The position numbers were made by a program, and so were the translations under genes. A stretch of DNA of 18,797 nt from a bacterium UBP1_UBA4771 (GTDB taxonomy: Bacteria > Krumholzibacteriota > Krumholzibacteriia > Krumholzibacteriales > Krumholzibacteriaceae): assembly GCA_002403295.1 (NCBI GenBank), contig DHHN01000209.1:10489-29285 (forward strand), written 5' to 3'. The notes beneath the pieces are model-generated. The model saw only the letters and a program-made list of their open reading frames with translations. It did not search any database and was not told the origin of the DNA. Below are positions 6,831 through 15,858 of the stretch, piece after piece; position 1 is the first letter of the stretch; the number at the start of each line of letters is the position of its first letter.

Positions 6831-9122
6831 ATGAAGAGAACGAAATCGGCCGTCTTCGCGCTGTGCGCGACAGCCGCCGTCGCGGCCTTTCTCGTCGCCT
6901 CGATCAAGCGCGTCCCTCCCGGAAACGAGGCGCTGCGGATTTCGAGGGGGGGACAGCCGCAGATTCTGGGATCGGGCTGGCATTTCGTACGCCCGCTGTC
7001 GGGAGCATTCGCCGTTTATCCCGTCGGCGAGGTCTCCGTGCGATTCCCGCAGGACGGGACCGCCGCCGTGCTCCTCGGGGACGGACGCGAAACGGCGGCC
7101 GCTCTCTCCTTTCGGTTGAAGATCCCCCGCGGCTCGGCGCAAAGCCTGCACGAAATCCTCGGGAGGAACTTCTCCGCCGGCTTCGATCGTATCGTCCGCG
7201 ACGCCGTCGAAATTCGGGCCGCGTCGTGGGAAACCGGCGCCGGGGGAGAGGCGCCCGAGGCCTTCGCTCGAGCCGTCGCCTCGGACCTCGCGGAAAGCCT
7301 CTCCGGCGCGCGCGTCGAAATCCTCGCCGCGAGGGTCGAGTCCTGGGGCGATGCCGCCGGCGAGGCGCCGGCGGCCGAGGCGAACGTCTCCGCGGCGCCC
7401 CTTCGGAAGATCGTCTTCATCGGGGTCGACGCCGGCGACTGGGGAATCATCAATCCCCTGATCAGGGAAGGAAGGCTCCCCAACTTCAAGAAAATCGTCG
7501 AGGGCGGCGCCACGGGCCCCCTTCGATCGATGGATCCGATGATCTCCCCGCTTCTCTGGACGACGATGGCGACGGGCAAGCTCCCCGAGGCGCACGGGAT
7601 CTTGAGCTGCACCGCCGTCGATCCCGCGACCGGGGCGCAGATCCCGATCACGCGGATGTACCGCAAGGTCGACGCCTTTTGGAACATGATGAGCGATTAC
7701 GGGCGGAGCGTCGCCGTCATCGGCTGGCTCGCGACCTATCCCGCCGAGACGATACATGGAACGATGGTCACCGACCGGGTCGGCTACCTCGCGTATGCGG
7801 CGACGCTCGGACAGGGCGACGCGCCCCTTCCCGGCGCCGTCTCCCCCCCCGAGCGCGCGGAAGAGATCAATGGGCTCATCGTTCGAAGCAGGGATGTTTC
7901 CTTCGACGAGATGAAGCGTTTCATGCATGTCGACAAGGCCGAGCTCGAGCGCAGCCGCACCGACCGGTTCGACGCCCACAACCTCGTGAACGACATGATC
8001 CTTATATACGCCACGGCGTCGAGCTATCGCGCGATCGCCCTCCACCTGCTCGAGAAGGATCGTCCGGATTTCCTCGGCGTCTATTTCGAGCTCGTGGACG
8101 CGGCCGGTCATCTATTCATGCCGTTCGCGCCGCCGCGGAGAGAGAGCGTGAGCGAAGAGGACTACCGGAAGTACAAGGACGCGATGACGGAGACCTACGT
8201 GTTTCAGGACCGGATCATCGGCGAGCTGCTCGAGCGGTGCGACGACAATACGGTCGTCATGATCACGAGCGATCACGGCTTCAAGAGCCTCGACGCGAGA
8301 CCCACCGCGGACGCCGGGATCACGGGCGGCCACGCCCTGCAATGGCACAATCCCGAGGGGATCGTCTGTCTCTACGGCCCGGGCATCCGCCGCGGTGGCC
8401 GGATCGAGGGCGCCTCCATCATCGACGTCACGCCGACGATACTCGCGCTCGCGGGGTTCCCGCGCGTCGAGGACATGCCGGGGCGCGTGCTCGGCGAGGC
8501 GTTCGAACCGTCGCTCGCTTCATCCGTCAATCCGGCCTCGGTCGCGACGCTCCAGCGGCGCCGCGCCCCCGAAAGCGCGCCCGTGCCGCGGGGAGGCGCC
8601 CTCGAGGACGCCGAGATGAGAAAGCTCGAGGCCCTGGGCTACATCACGGTCGAGAATCCCGACGCCCTCAACAATCTCGGACAGCGCTACCAGAATCAGG
8701 GCGAGTTCGAAAAGGCGATCGCGGAGTTCAAGAAGGCGCTCGCCCTGCGGCCCAACCACGCGGGAACTCTCAATAACCTCGGCGTATCCTACGGCAGGCT
8801 CAAGCGCTATCCGGAAGCGGAGGAGGCCTTCCTGCGGGCGCTCGAGGTGAAGCCGAAGGATATGTTCGCGATGAACAACCTCGCCGTGCTGTACATGGAG
8901 AGCGGACGGCTCGACCAGGCTCGACGCTACGCCGAGCAGGCGGCCGCGACGGAGCCGAAGTACGCGAACGGGCGCTATTCCCTCGGCGTGATCTACGCGC
9001 ATGCGGGAGAGTTCGACCGGGCGACGAAGGAGTTCGAGGCGGCGCTCGCGATCGAACCGGACAACGCGCGTTTCCGCGCCGCGCTCGAACAGTGCCGGCG
9101 GGATGCGGGCGCCCGGAGATAA
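6831..9122 (+). CDS. Multi-domain membrane protein (763 aa): N-terminal TM anchor, SPFH/band-7-like domain, alkaline-phosphatase-superfamily catalytic domain (type I phosphodiesterase / nucleotide pyrophosphatase-like) and C-terminal TPR repeats
   Basis: Start ATG 6831 with AGGAG 7 nt upstream. The N-terminus MKRTKSAVFALCATAAVAAFLVASIKR is hydrophobic. The following segment (VPPGNEALRISRGG..ILGSGWHF) resembles the HflK/C SPFH entry. AP-superfamily motifs are IGVDAGDWG (metal Asp), ISPLLWTTMATG..HGI (Ser/Thr nucleophile region), FELVDAAGH and ITSDHGF. About 5 TPR units span roughly 8650-9110 (LNNLGQRY.., LNNLGVSYG.., MNNLAVLYM.., RYSLGVIYA..). Confidence 0.8.
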   Translation: MKRTKSAVFALCATAAVAAFLVASIKRVPPGNEALRISRGGQPQILGSGWHFVRPLSGAFAVYPVGEVSVRFPQDGTAAVLLGDGRETAAALSFRLKIPRGSAQSLHEILGRNFSAGFDRIVRDAVEIRAASWETGAGGEAPEAFARAVASDLAESLSGARVEILAARVESWGDAAGEAPAAEANVSAAPLRKIVFIGVDAGDWGIINPLIREGRLPNFKKIVEGGATGPLRSMDPMISPLLWTTMATGKLPEAHGILSCTAVDPATGAQIPITRMYRKVDAFWNMMSDYGRSVAVIGWLATYPAETIHGTMVTDRVGYLAYAATLGQGDAPLPGAVSPPERAEEINGLIVRSRDVSFDEMKRFMHVDKAELERSRTDRFDAHNLVNDMILIYATASSYRAIALHLLEKDRPDFLGVYFELVDAAGHLFMPFAPPRRESVSEEDYRKYKDAMTETYVFQDRIIGELLERCDDNTVVMITSDHGFKSLDARPTADAGITGGHALQWHNPEGIVCLYGPGIRRGGRIEGASIIDVTPTILALAGFPRVEDMPGRVLGEAFEPSLASSVNPASVATLQRRRAPESAPVPRGGALEDAEMRKLEALGYITVENPDALNNLGQRYQNQGEFEKAIAEFKKALALRPNHAGTLNNLGVSYGRLKRYPEAEEAFLRALEVKPKDMFAMNNLAVLYMESGRLDQARRYAEQAAATEPKYANGRYSLGVIYAHAGEFDRATKEFEAALAIEPDNARFRAALEQCRRDAGARR
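6900..7420 (+). other. SPFH/band-7-like domain region of protein A (tentative)
   Basis: Pattern match from memory to the HflC/HflK N-terminal region. No profile search was possible. Confidence 0.35.
8650..9110 (+). other. TPR repeat domain of protein A
   Basis: Repeating approximately 34-aa units are present. They show the W-LG-Y / A-F-A-P TPR signature residues (NLG..Y....EAI..F..AL...P). Confidence 0.7.
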
Positions 9123-9237
9123 AGTCCTTGTGAACGCCGCCGGCGCACGCCATCATAGAGAGTTGCGCATCCTCGTAACGGGCCGCGCAGCGTCATGACG
9201 AGCCGCGAGCCGTTCCGACAGCGGGAGATTGCATGCG

Positions 9238-10413
9238 ATGATACAGGCCCACGGCGGACAATTGGTGAATCGCCTCGCCGGCGAGCACGAACGGGCGGCG
9301 CTCGTCGCGCGCGCCGAGACGCTCCCTTCGATCACGCTCAACCGCAGGGAGGTTTCCGATCTCCACCTCATCGCCGTCGGCGCCATGAGCCCGCTCGAGG
9401 GGTTCATGGTCCGGGACGAATACGAGAGCGTTCTCGACGCCATGCGGTTGCCCCGCGGCCTCCCGTGGACCCTTCCCGTCACCCTGTCGATCAAGGACGC
9501 CGACGCCGCCCGGACGCGCCCGCCGTTCGAGGCGGCGCTCCGCGACGAGCGCGGAGCCGCGCTCGGGGTCATGCGCGTCGACGACGTGTACGAGGTCGAC
9601 CGGGAACGCGAGGCCGAGAAGGTTCTCCTCACGACCGACGGCGCGCATCCCGGCGTTCAATATCTCCGCTCGATCGAGGGCGCGTACGCCGGCGGACCGG
9701 TCACGCTCTTCGAGCGGATGGTCGACCCGCAATTCGAAACGTTCCACCTCGACCCGCGGGAAACGCGGATCCTCTTCAAGACGAAGGGCTGGGAGCGGGT
9801 CGTCGCCTTTCAGACGCGCAATCCGATCCACCGCGCGCACGAGTACCTCCTCAAATGCGCGCTCGAGATGACGGACGGGCTCCTCATCCATCCCATCATG
9901 GGGGAAACGAAATCGGACGACATTCCCGCCGCCGTCCGCATGCTCTGTTACCAGGCGATCGTGAGCGAGTATTTTCCGAAGGACCGGGTGGTTCTCTCGG
10001 TCTTTCCGGCCGCGATGCGTTACGCGGGGCCGCGCGAGGCGATCTTTCACGCGATCCTGAGAAAGAACTACGGCTGCACGCACATGATCATCGGGCGGGA
10101 TCACGCGGGCGTCGGCTCGTACTACGGCACCTATGACGCGCAGCGCATCTTCGACGCGTTCGAGCCGGACGAGCTGGAGATCGTCCCCATGATGTTCGAG
10201 CACGCCTTTTACTGCACGAAGTGCGCGGCGATGAGCTCTCCCAAGACGTGCCCCCACGGGAAGGACGCGCACCTGCAGCTCAGCGGAACGCGCGTTCGCG
10301 AGATGCTCGCGCGGGACGAGGCGCTCCCGCCCGAGTTCACCCGGCGGGAGATCGCCGAGGTGCTCGAACGCCATTATGCCGCGCGCGCCGCGAAGCGCCC
10401 GCACGAATCCTGA
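9238..10413 (+). CDS. sat: Sulfate adenylyltransferase (ATP sulfurylase), homo-oligomeric Sat type
   Basis: The motif QTRNPIHRAHE (the HxxH motif of ATP sulfurylase) is present. A PUA-like N-terminus (MIQAHGGQLVNR) and GRDHAGVG are also present. I chose the start at ATG 9238 because the listed ORF's first codon at 9229 is TTG. The C-terminal motif Cys-x2-Cys-x8-Cys-x-His resembles the Zn site of Thermus-type Sat. Confidence 0.9.
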   Translation: MIQAHGGQLVNRLAGEHERAALVARAETLPSITLNRREVSDLHLIAVGAMSPLEGFMVRDEYESVLDAMRLPRGLPWTLPVTLSIKDADAARTRPPFEAALRDERGAALGVMRVDDVYEVDREREAEKVLLTTDGAHPGVQYLRSIEGAYAGGPVTLFERMVDPQFETFHLDPRETRILFKTKGWERVVAFQTRNPIHRAHEYLLKCALEMTDGLLIHPIMGETKSDDIPAAVRMLCYQAIVSEYFPKDRVVLSVFPAAMRYAGPREAIFHAILRKNYGCTHMIIGRDHAGVGSYYGTYDAQRIFDAFEPDELEIVPMMFEHAFYCTKCAAMSSPKTCPHGKDAHLQLSGTRVREMLARDEALPPEFTRREIAEVLERHYAARAAKRPHES

Positions 10414-10429
10414 GCCGGAGAATGGAGCG

Positions 10430-11821
10430 ATGCCGAAAAAGCTCGCCGTTATCGGTCTCGATTGCCTGACGCCGCAGTTCCTCTACGGCGGCGGGCTCGA
10501 CGGGATGCCCAATTTCAAGCGGCTCATCGAAGGCTCGCTCTGGGGGAATCTCGTCTCGATCGTGCCCCCCATCACGGTTCCCGCGTGGACGTCGATGATG
10601 ACCTCGCAGGATCCCGGCATGCTCGGCATCTACGGTTTCCGCAACCGGAAAAGCTACGCGTACGAAGAGCTCTACACGGTCAACGCGAGCAACGTCAAGG
10701 CCAAGACGGTCTGGAATTACCTCTCGAGAAACCGCCTGCGCTCGATCCTCCTCGGCGTCCCGCAGACGTATCCGCCGATGCCGCTCAATGGCGTTCTCGT
10801 CGCCGACTTTCTCACGCCGGGCAAGGAATCGACGTTCACCTACCCGCCGGGGCTCAAGGAAGAGATCGACCGCGTCGCGGACGGCGAGTACATCATCGAC
10901 GTCAAGGACTTCAGAACCGACGATAAGAAATCGCTCCTCGAGCAGATCTACGTCATGACGGAGCGGCGATTCAAGGTCTTCCGGCACCTTCTCGCCCGCG
11001 AGGATTGGGATTTCGCGATGATGGTCGAGATGGGACCCGACCGGATCCATCACGCGTTCTGGCGGTTCTGCGATCCCTCGCACCGCCTATACGTCAAGGG
11101 GAACGAGTACGAGGACGTCATCCGGCGCTACTACGCCCGTCTCGATCTCGAGATCGGACGGGTGCTCGAGGCGCTTCCGTCCGACGCGTCGGTGATCGTC
11201 GTTTCGGACCACGGCGCCAAGGCGATGCGCGGGGGCATCTGCATAAACGAGTTCTTCATCCGGGAGGGTCTCCTCGCCGTCAAGGAGTATCCGAAACGAC
11301 CCGTCTCCCTCACGCCGGCGATGATCGACTGGCGGAAGACCGCGGCGTGGGGCGAGGGCGGCTACTACGCGCGCGTGTTCCTCAACGTGGCCGGACGCGA
11401 GAGCGAGGGAACGGTGCCGCGCGCCGAATACGAACGCGTCCGCGCCGACGTGAAGCGCCGTCTCGAGGGGCTCGCGGACGAGAACGGAACGAACATCGGC
11501 ACGCGCGTCTTCTATCCCGAGGAGATCTACCGGAGATGCGAAAACATTCCGCCCGATCTCATCGTCTACCTCGGCGATCTCGACTGGCGGAGCGCGGGAA
11601 GCGTGGGACACGGGGCGATCCACATCTTCGAGAACGACACGGGGCCCGACGACGCGAATCACGCGCAGGAGGGGATTTTCATCTGGCACAACCGCGGCGG
11701 CGCGGGACGCGTGACGTCGAGCCCCGCCGGAGACAAGATATCGATCTACGACGTCGCCCCGTCGATCCTCGATTTCTTCTCGATCGAGGTTCCTCCGGAC
11801 ATGATCGGACGGGTGGTATAG
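10430..11821 (+). CDS. Alkaline phosphatase superfamily protein, type I phosphodiesterase / nucleotide pyrophosphatase-like (paralog B, cytosolic, 463 aa)
   Basis: Start ATG 10430 with GGAG 2 nt upstream; the listed ORF begins at 10376. Motifs are LAVIGLDCL (metal Asp), PPITVPAWTSMMTS (nucleophile region), HHAFWRFCDPSH and VVSDHGA. No signal peptide or TM segment is present. Confidence 0.85.
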   Translation: MPKKLAVIGLDCLTPQFLYGGGLDGMPNFKRLIEGSLWGNLVSIVPPITVPAWTSMMTSQDPGMLGIYGFRNRKSYAYEELYTVNASNVKAKTVWNYLSRNRLRSILLGVPQTYPPMPLNGVLVADFLTPGKESTFTYPPGLKEEIDRVADGEYIIDVKDFRTDDKKSLLEQIYVMTERRFKVFRHLLAREDWDFAMMVEMGPDRIHHAFWRFCDPSHRLYVKGNEYEDVIRRYYARLDLEIGRVLEALPSDASVIVVSDHGAKAMRGGICINEFFIREGLLAVKEYPKRPVSLTPAMIDWRKTAAWGEGGYYARVFLNVAGRESEGTVPRAEYERVRADVKRRLEGLADENGTNIGTRVFYPEEIYRRCENIPPDLIVYLGDLDWRSAGSVGHGAIHIFENDTGPDDANHAQEGIFIWHNRGGAGRVTSSPAGDKISIYDVAPSILDFFSIEVPPDMIGRVV

Positions 11822-11868
11822 ATCGCGGGATGCGGCATCGCGAAACGCCGTTTCACAGGGAGATGACA

Positions 11869-12471
11869 ATGAAAGGTTTCACGCTCTGGTTCACCGGCCT
11901 TCCCTGCTCGGGCAAGTCGACGCTGGCGCGGCGCGTTCAGGAGATCCTCCTCGAGCGCGGGATGAACGTCGAGCTCCTCGACGGCGACGAGGTGCGGCAG
12001 AACCTTTGCAAGGGCCTCGGATACTCCAAGGAGGATCGGGACACGAATATCCGGCGCATCGGCTACGTGTGCAAGCTCCTCAGCCGCAACGGCGCGGTCG
12101 CCGTCGCCGCCGCCATCTCCCCGTACCGGGAGATCCGCGAGGAGAATAGACGCGCCATCGCCGCCTACGTCGAGGTCTACGTGAAGGCGCCGATCGAGGT
12201 GCTCGCGAAACGGGACGTCAAGGGGATGTACAAAAAGGCGCTTGCCGGCGAGATAACGAACTTCACCGGCGTCTCCGACCCGTACGAGGAACCCGAGCGC
12301 CCGGAGATCCTGATCGAATCGGACAAGGAAACGGTCGAAGACAGCACCGCGAAGATCATCCGCACGCTCGAAGTCATGGGTCTCATTCCGGGAGCACCCG
12401 CCGAAAGCGAGTATTCACCGGAGGAAGAAGAGAAGATCAAGACCCGGCTCAAGGATTTGGGATACATCTAG
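11869..12471 (+). CDS. cysC: Adenylylsulfate (APS) kinase with a 25-aa acidic C-terminal extension ending in LGYI
   Basis: P-loop WFTGLPCSGKSTLA is present. LDGDEVR.NLCKGLGYSKEDRDTNIRR aligns with E. coli CysC ([27 protein letters not shown]). KGMYKKALAGEITNFTG corresponds to KGLYKKARAGELRNFTG. GGGAG lies 7 nt upstream of ATG 11869. Confidence 0.9.
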   Translation: MKGFTLWFTGLPCSGKSTLARRVQEILLERGMNVELLDGDEVRQNLCKGLGYSKEDRDTNIRRIGYVCKLLSRNGAVAVAAAISPYREIREENRRAIAAYVEVYVKAPIEVLAKRDVKGMYKKALAGEITNFTGVSDPYEEPERPEILIESDKETVEDSTAKIIRTLEVMGLIPGAPAESEYSPEEEEKIKTRLKDLGYI

Positions 12472-12485
12472 AGGGAGCGGGCACG

Positions 12486-13790
12486 CTGCGCACACGGAGG
12501 AAGAAGGTCGCATGCGTCGTCGGTCTCGACGGCGTCCCCTTCTCGTTCATCCGCGGCATGATCGATTCCGGCGTCATGCCGAGGATGAAGGAGATCGTGT
12601 CGCGGGGCCGCATGGCGCCGATGACCGCCTCCCTTCCTGAAATCTCCTCGGTGAGCTGGTCAACGTTCATGACGGGCCTCGATCCCGGCGGCCACGGCAT
12701 CTTCGGCTTCACCGATTTCAAGGATGCGAGCTACGCGCTGCGCTACCCCTCCTTCCGCGACCTCGGGGCGCCCACGATCTGGGACCGGCTCGGCGAACGG
12801 CGGATGAGGAGCGTCGTCATCGATCAGCCCGCCACGTACCCCGCGCGTCCCATTCCCGGCGTTTTGATATCGGGCTTCGTCGCGCTCGACCTCGAGAAGG
12901 CGGTCGCTCCCCGCTCCTACCTCGCCGCACTTCGAGGCATGAACTACGAAATCGACATCGATGCGGCGAAATGCAGGGACAACCCGGACGAGCTCTTCTC
13001 CGCTCTCGGCAAGCGCCTCGCCGAAAGACGCTCCGTCGTCGACGCCCTGTGGGAGAAGGAAGAGTGGAATCTCATGGAGATCGTCGTAACGGGCACCGAC
13101 CGGCTCCACCATTTCATGTGGGACGCCTGCGAGGACGCGAACCATCCCCGCCGCGAGGACGTGCTCGCCTATTACCGCGCGATCGACGATTTTCTGGGGC
13201 ACGTGTACGAGAAGTTCCGCCGCCTCGACGCGGGCGGCAATTTCTTCATGCTCTCCGATCACGGCTTCTGCGCCGCGAAACGAGAGGTGTACGTGAACGC
13301 CGTCCTTCGCGCGGAGGGATTTCTCGATCTCGCGCCCGGCGCATCGTCCCTCGAGGGGATCACGGAGCGCACGAAAGCCTTCGCGCTCGATCCCGCGCGC
13401 ATTTACATCAACCGCGCGGGGCGATTCCCCCGGGGACGCATCGACGAGGCGGACGCGAAGTCCCTGCTCGAGGATCTCGCGGCGATATTCGACGCGCTCG
13501 AGGTCGGGGGAGAGCGGGTCGTGCGGCGGCGGTTCACGGGCCGAGAAGCGTATTCGGGACCCTTCGCCCGCCGCGGCCCGGATCTCGTGCTCGTTCCGCG
13601 AAACGGCTTCGATCTCAAGGGCCGCCCCGGCGCCGCGGAGATATCGGGCGAGAGGCGCTTTCAGGGAATGCACACGTGGGAAGACGCCTTCTTTTTCTCG
13701 CTCGACCCGGCGGCGATCGAAGATCCGAACGATCTCAACATCGTGGACGTCCCGAAAACGATCTTGAGGAGCATCGATGTCGAACCATAG
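12486..13790 (+). CDS. Alkaline phosphatase superfamily protein, PPase/PDE-like (paralog C, cytosolic). The start codon is uncertain; this call is a CTG start with the first ATG at 12558
   Basis: Homology to the paralog N-termini (KKVACVVGLDGVPFSF vs KKLAVIGLDCLTPQF) extends 15-24 codons upstream of the first in-frame ATG. The only start-like in-frame codon upstream is CTG 12486, 8 nt after GAGGGAG. Motifs are ISSVSWSTFMTG..GHGIF, HHFMWDACEDANH and LSDHGF. Confidence 0.7.
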   Translation: MRTRRKKVACVVGLDGVPFSFIRGMIDSGVMPRMKEIVSRGRMAPMTASLPEISSVSWSTFMTGLDPGGHGIFGFTDFKDASYALRYPSFRDLGAPTIWDRLGERRMRSVVIDQPATYPARPIPGVLISGFVALDLEKAVAPRSYLAALRGMNYEIDIDAAKCRDNPDELFSALGKRLAERRSVVDALWEKEEWNLMEIVVTGTDRLHHFMWDACEDANHPRREDVLAYYRAIDDFLGHVYEKFRRLDAGGNFFMLSDHGFCAAKREVYVNAVLRAEGFLDLAPGASSLEGITERTKAFALDPARIYINRAGRFPRGRIDEADAKSLLEDLAAIFDALEVGGERVVRRRFTGREAYSGPFARRGPDLVLVPRNGFDLKGRPGAAEISGERRFQGMHTWEDAFFFSLDPAAIEDPNDLNIVDVPKTILRSIDVEP

Positions 13791-15858
13791 AGGAACGCGC
13801 GCGGTCCGCGTTTCGATATGCGCCATCCTGTGCGCGCTCGGCGCGCCGGCCGCCGCGCACGCCTATATCGGCCCCGGCGCCGGCTTCGCGCTCGTTTCGT
13901 CGTTCCTCTCTTTCGTGCTCGCGTTCTTCGCCGCGTTTCTCGCCCTCTTGACCTTTCCGCTCCGCATGCTCTGGAAGAGGATGAGGCGCAAGCGCGCGCC
14001 GCGGGCGCCGCGCGCGGACAAGGTGATCGTCCTCGGGCTCGACGGCCTCGACCCCGCGATCTGCGAGCGCCTCATGGTCGCCGGCCGACTCCCCAACCTT
14101 TCGCGCCTCGCCGCCGCGGGAACGTTCCGCCGGCTCGGCACCTCGACGCCGGCGATGTCACCCGTCGCGTGGTCCACCTTCAGCACCGGCGTCGACGCCT
14201 CGCGCCACGGCATCTTCGATTTTCTCGCGCGGGATCCGAACACGTACCTCCCCGTCCTTTCCTCGAGCCGCGTCACCGCGTCGAAGCGGTTTCTGCGGCT
14301 CGGCCCCTTTCGGCTGCCGCTCGGGAAAGGAAGCGTCCGCTTTCTCCGAAAGAGCACGAGCGTCTGGAAGGTGCTCGGCGAATACGGAATCTTCAGCACC
14401 GTTCTCCGGGTCCCGATCACCTTTCCCCCGGAGCCATTGAACGGCGTCATGCTCTCCGGCATGTGCGCGCCCGATCTGCGCGGGACGATGGGATCGTTCA
14501 CGTATTTCCGCCGGGGCGAATCGGGCGGCAGGATCGGCGGCATGGTGATCGCCCTCGAGGAGAAGGACGGCGTCCTTCGGGCGTCCCTTCCCGGCCCGGA
14601 GAGCCCGGTCGCCCGCGAAACCTTGAAGCTCCCCCTCGAGATCCGCGTCGACGCGAAGAGGCGGGGCGCCGAGATTCGCGTGTCCGGCGCGCGTTTTTTC
14701 CTCCCCGAGCGGGCGTACTCGCCGTGGATCCGCCTCGCCTTCAAGGCCGCGCCGGGCGTCACGCTCCATGGCATCGCGCGGTTTTTCATCACGCGCCTCG
14801 ACGGCGACTTCGGGCTCTACGTATCGCCGATCCACATCGATCCAGAAAAACCCGCCATGCCGGTCTCCTACCCCGCGTTCTACTCGGTGTATCTCGCCAA
14901 ACGCCTCGGCGGGCCGTTCGGAACGCTCGGCCTCGCCGAGGACACGTGGGCGCTGAACGAGGGGGTTCTCGACGAAGAGGCCTTTATCGCGCAGGCGTAT
15001 CTCTTCCACCGCGAGCGCGAGGCGATGTTCCTCCACACGCTGCGCACGCAGAAGAAGGGCCTCGTCGCGTGCGTCTTCGATCTCAGCGACCGCATGCAAC
15101 ACATGTTCTTCCGGTATCTCGCGGATGACCTCGACCCCGGCGCGGCGGCGCCGGAGCGCCGCGAAACGCTCGACGAGATGTACCGCGAGATGGACGCGCT
15201 CGTCGGCAAGACGTCGGCGTTCGTCGACGGCCGGACGGCGCTCTTCGTGATCTCGGATCACGGCTTCAAGGCATTCAGGCGCGGCGTCGATCTCAACGTC
15301 TGGCTCATGCGGAACGGATATCTCGCGCTGCGCGCCGACGCGCGCGGTGACGAATTCCTCCGCGACGTCGATTGGTCGAAGACGCGGGCCTACGCGCTCG
15401 GGCTCGGGGGCGTGTATCTCAACATGAAGGGACGCGAGCGGCACGGAACGGTCGAGGCATCGGAGGCCCCCATGCTGAAAGAAGAGATCGCATCGAAGCT
15501 CCTCGCGCTCGGGGATGAGGGCGGCGGGGCGCCGGTCGTGAGCCGCGTGTTCGACACCGCTCGGGACTTCACGGGCCCGTACCGCGCGGAGGGACCGGAT
15601 CTCATCGTGGGACTCGCGGAAGGCTACCGGATTTCCTGGGACTGCGCGAGGGGGCTCGTGCAGGACGCCGTCATCGAGGATAACGAGAAGAGCTGGAGCG
15701 GCGATCACTGCATCGATCCCGCGCTCGTTCCCGGCGTTCTCTTTTCGAACATGCGCGTCGAGGCAATCGACCCGAATATCGCGGACATCGCGCCGACCAT
15801 TCTCGGGCTCTTCGGCATCGATCCGCCGCGATACATGACGGGGAGGGATCTCCTGTGA
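13777..15858 (+). CDS. Alkaline phosphatase superfamily protein, PPase/PDE-like (paralog D, 693 aa) with an N-terminal two-helix membrane hairpin and polybasic stretch
   Basis: ATG 13777 lies 5 nt after GAGGAG and overlaps the gene C 3' end by 14 nt. The N-terminus has two hydrophobic segments (VSICAILCALGAPAAAHA; FALVSSFLSFVLAFFAAFLALLTF) followed by RMLWKRMRRKRAPRAPRADK. Motifs are VIVLGLDGL, MSPVAWSTFSTG..RHGIF, ISDHGF and WSGDHC. Confidence 0.85.
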   Translation: MSNHRGTRAVRVSICAILCALGAPAAAHAYIGPGAGFALVSSFLSFVLAFFAAFLALLTFPLRMLWKRMRRKRAPRAPRADKVIVLGLDGLDPAICERLMVAGRLPNLSRLAAAGTFRRLGTSTPAMSPVAWSTFSTGVDASRHGIFDFLARDPNTYLPVLSSSRVTASKRFLRLGPFRLPLGKGSVRFLRKSTSVWKVLGEYGIFSTVLRVPITFPPEPLNGVMLSGMCAPDLRGTMGSFTYFRRGESGGRIGGMVIALEEKDGVLRASLPGPESPVARETLKLPLEIRVDAKRRGAEIRVSGARFFLPERAYSPWIRLAFKAAPGVTLHGIARFFITRLDGDFGLYVSPIHIDPEKPAMPVSYPAFYSVYLAKRLGGPFGTLGLAEDTWALNEGVLDEEAFIAQAYLFHREREAMFLHTLRTQKKGLVACVFDLSDRMQHMFFRYLADDLDPGAAAPERRETLDEMYREMDALVGKTSAFVDGRTALFVISDHGFKAFRRGVDLNVWLMRNGYLALRADARGDEFLRDVDWSKTRAYALGLGGVYLNMKGRERHGTVEASEAPMLKEEIASKLLALGDEGGGAPVVSRVFDTARDFTGPYRAEGPDLIVGLAEGYRISWDCARGLVQDAVIEDNEKSWSGDHCIDPALVPGVLFSNMRVEAIDPNIADIAPTILGLFGIDPPRYMTGRDLL

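Noticed and set aside
5711-8776. 1021-aa plus-strand ORF spanning the pstS antisense and gene A in another frame
   Set aside because: Extreme Arg/Gly/Pro composition and no domain signatures. The overlapping real genes, pstS (-) and gene A (+, different frame), explain the region.
9123-9237. Possible internal promoter or hairpin between gene A and sat (TTGTGA..17 nt..CATCAT; tgcgc/gcgca stem)
   Set aside because: Matches to the consensus are poor (3-4 of 6) and the stem is short with a 14-nt loop. It cannot be distinguished from chance in GC-rich sequence.
11893-11916. Unusual CysC P-loop GLPCSGKST (usually GLSGSGKST)
   Set aside because: This is a real substitution, but one P-loop variant is not interpretable without an alignment of many orthologs. 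I noted it and did not pursue it.
12512-12514. ATG 12512 with a good SD as the paralog C start
   Set aside because: It is out of frame with the conserved protein and would terminate after about 47 codons. I keep it only as an indicator of a possible indel.
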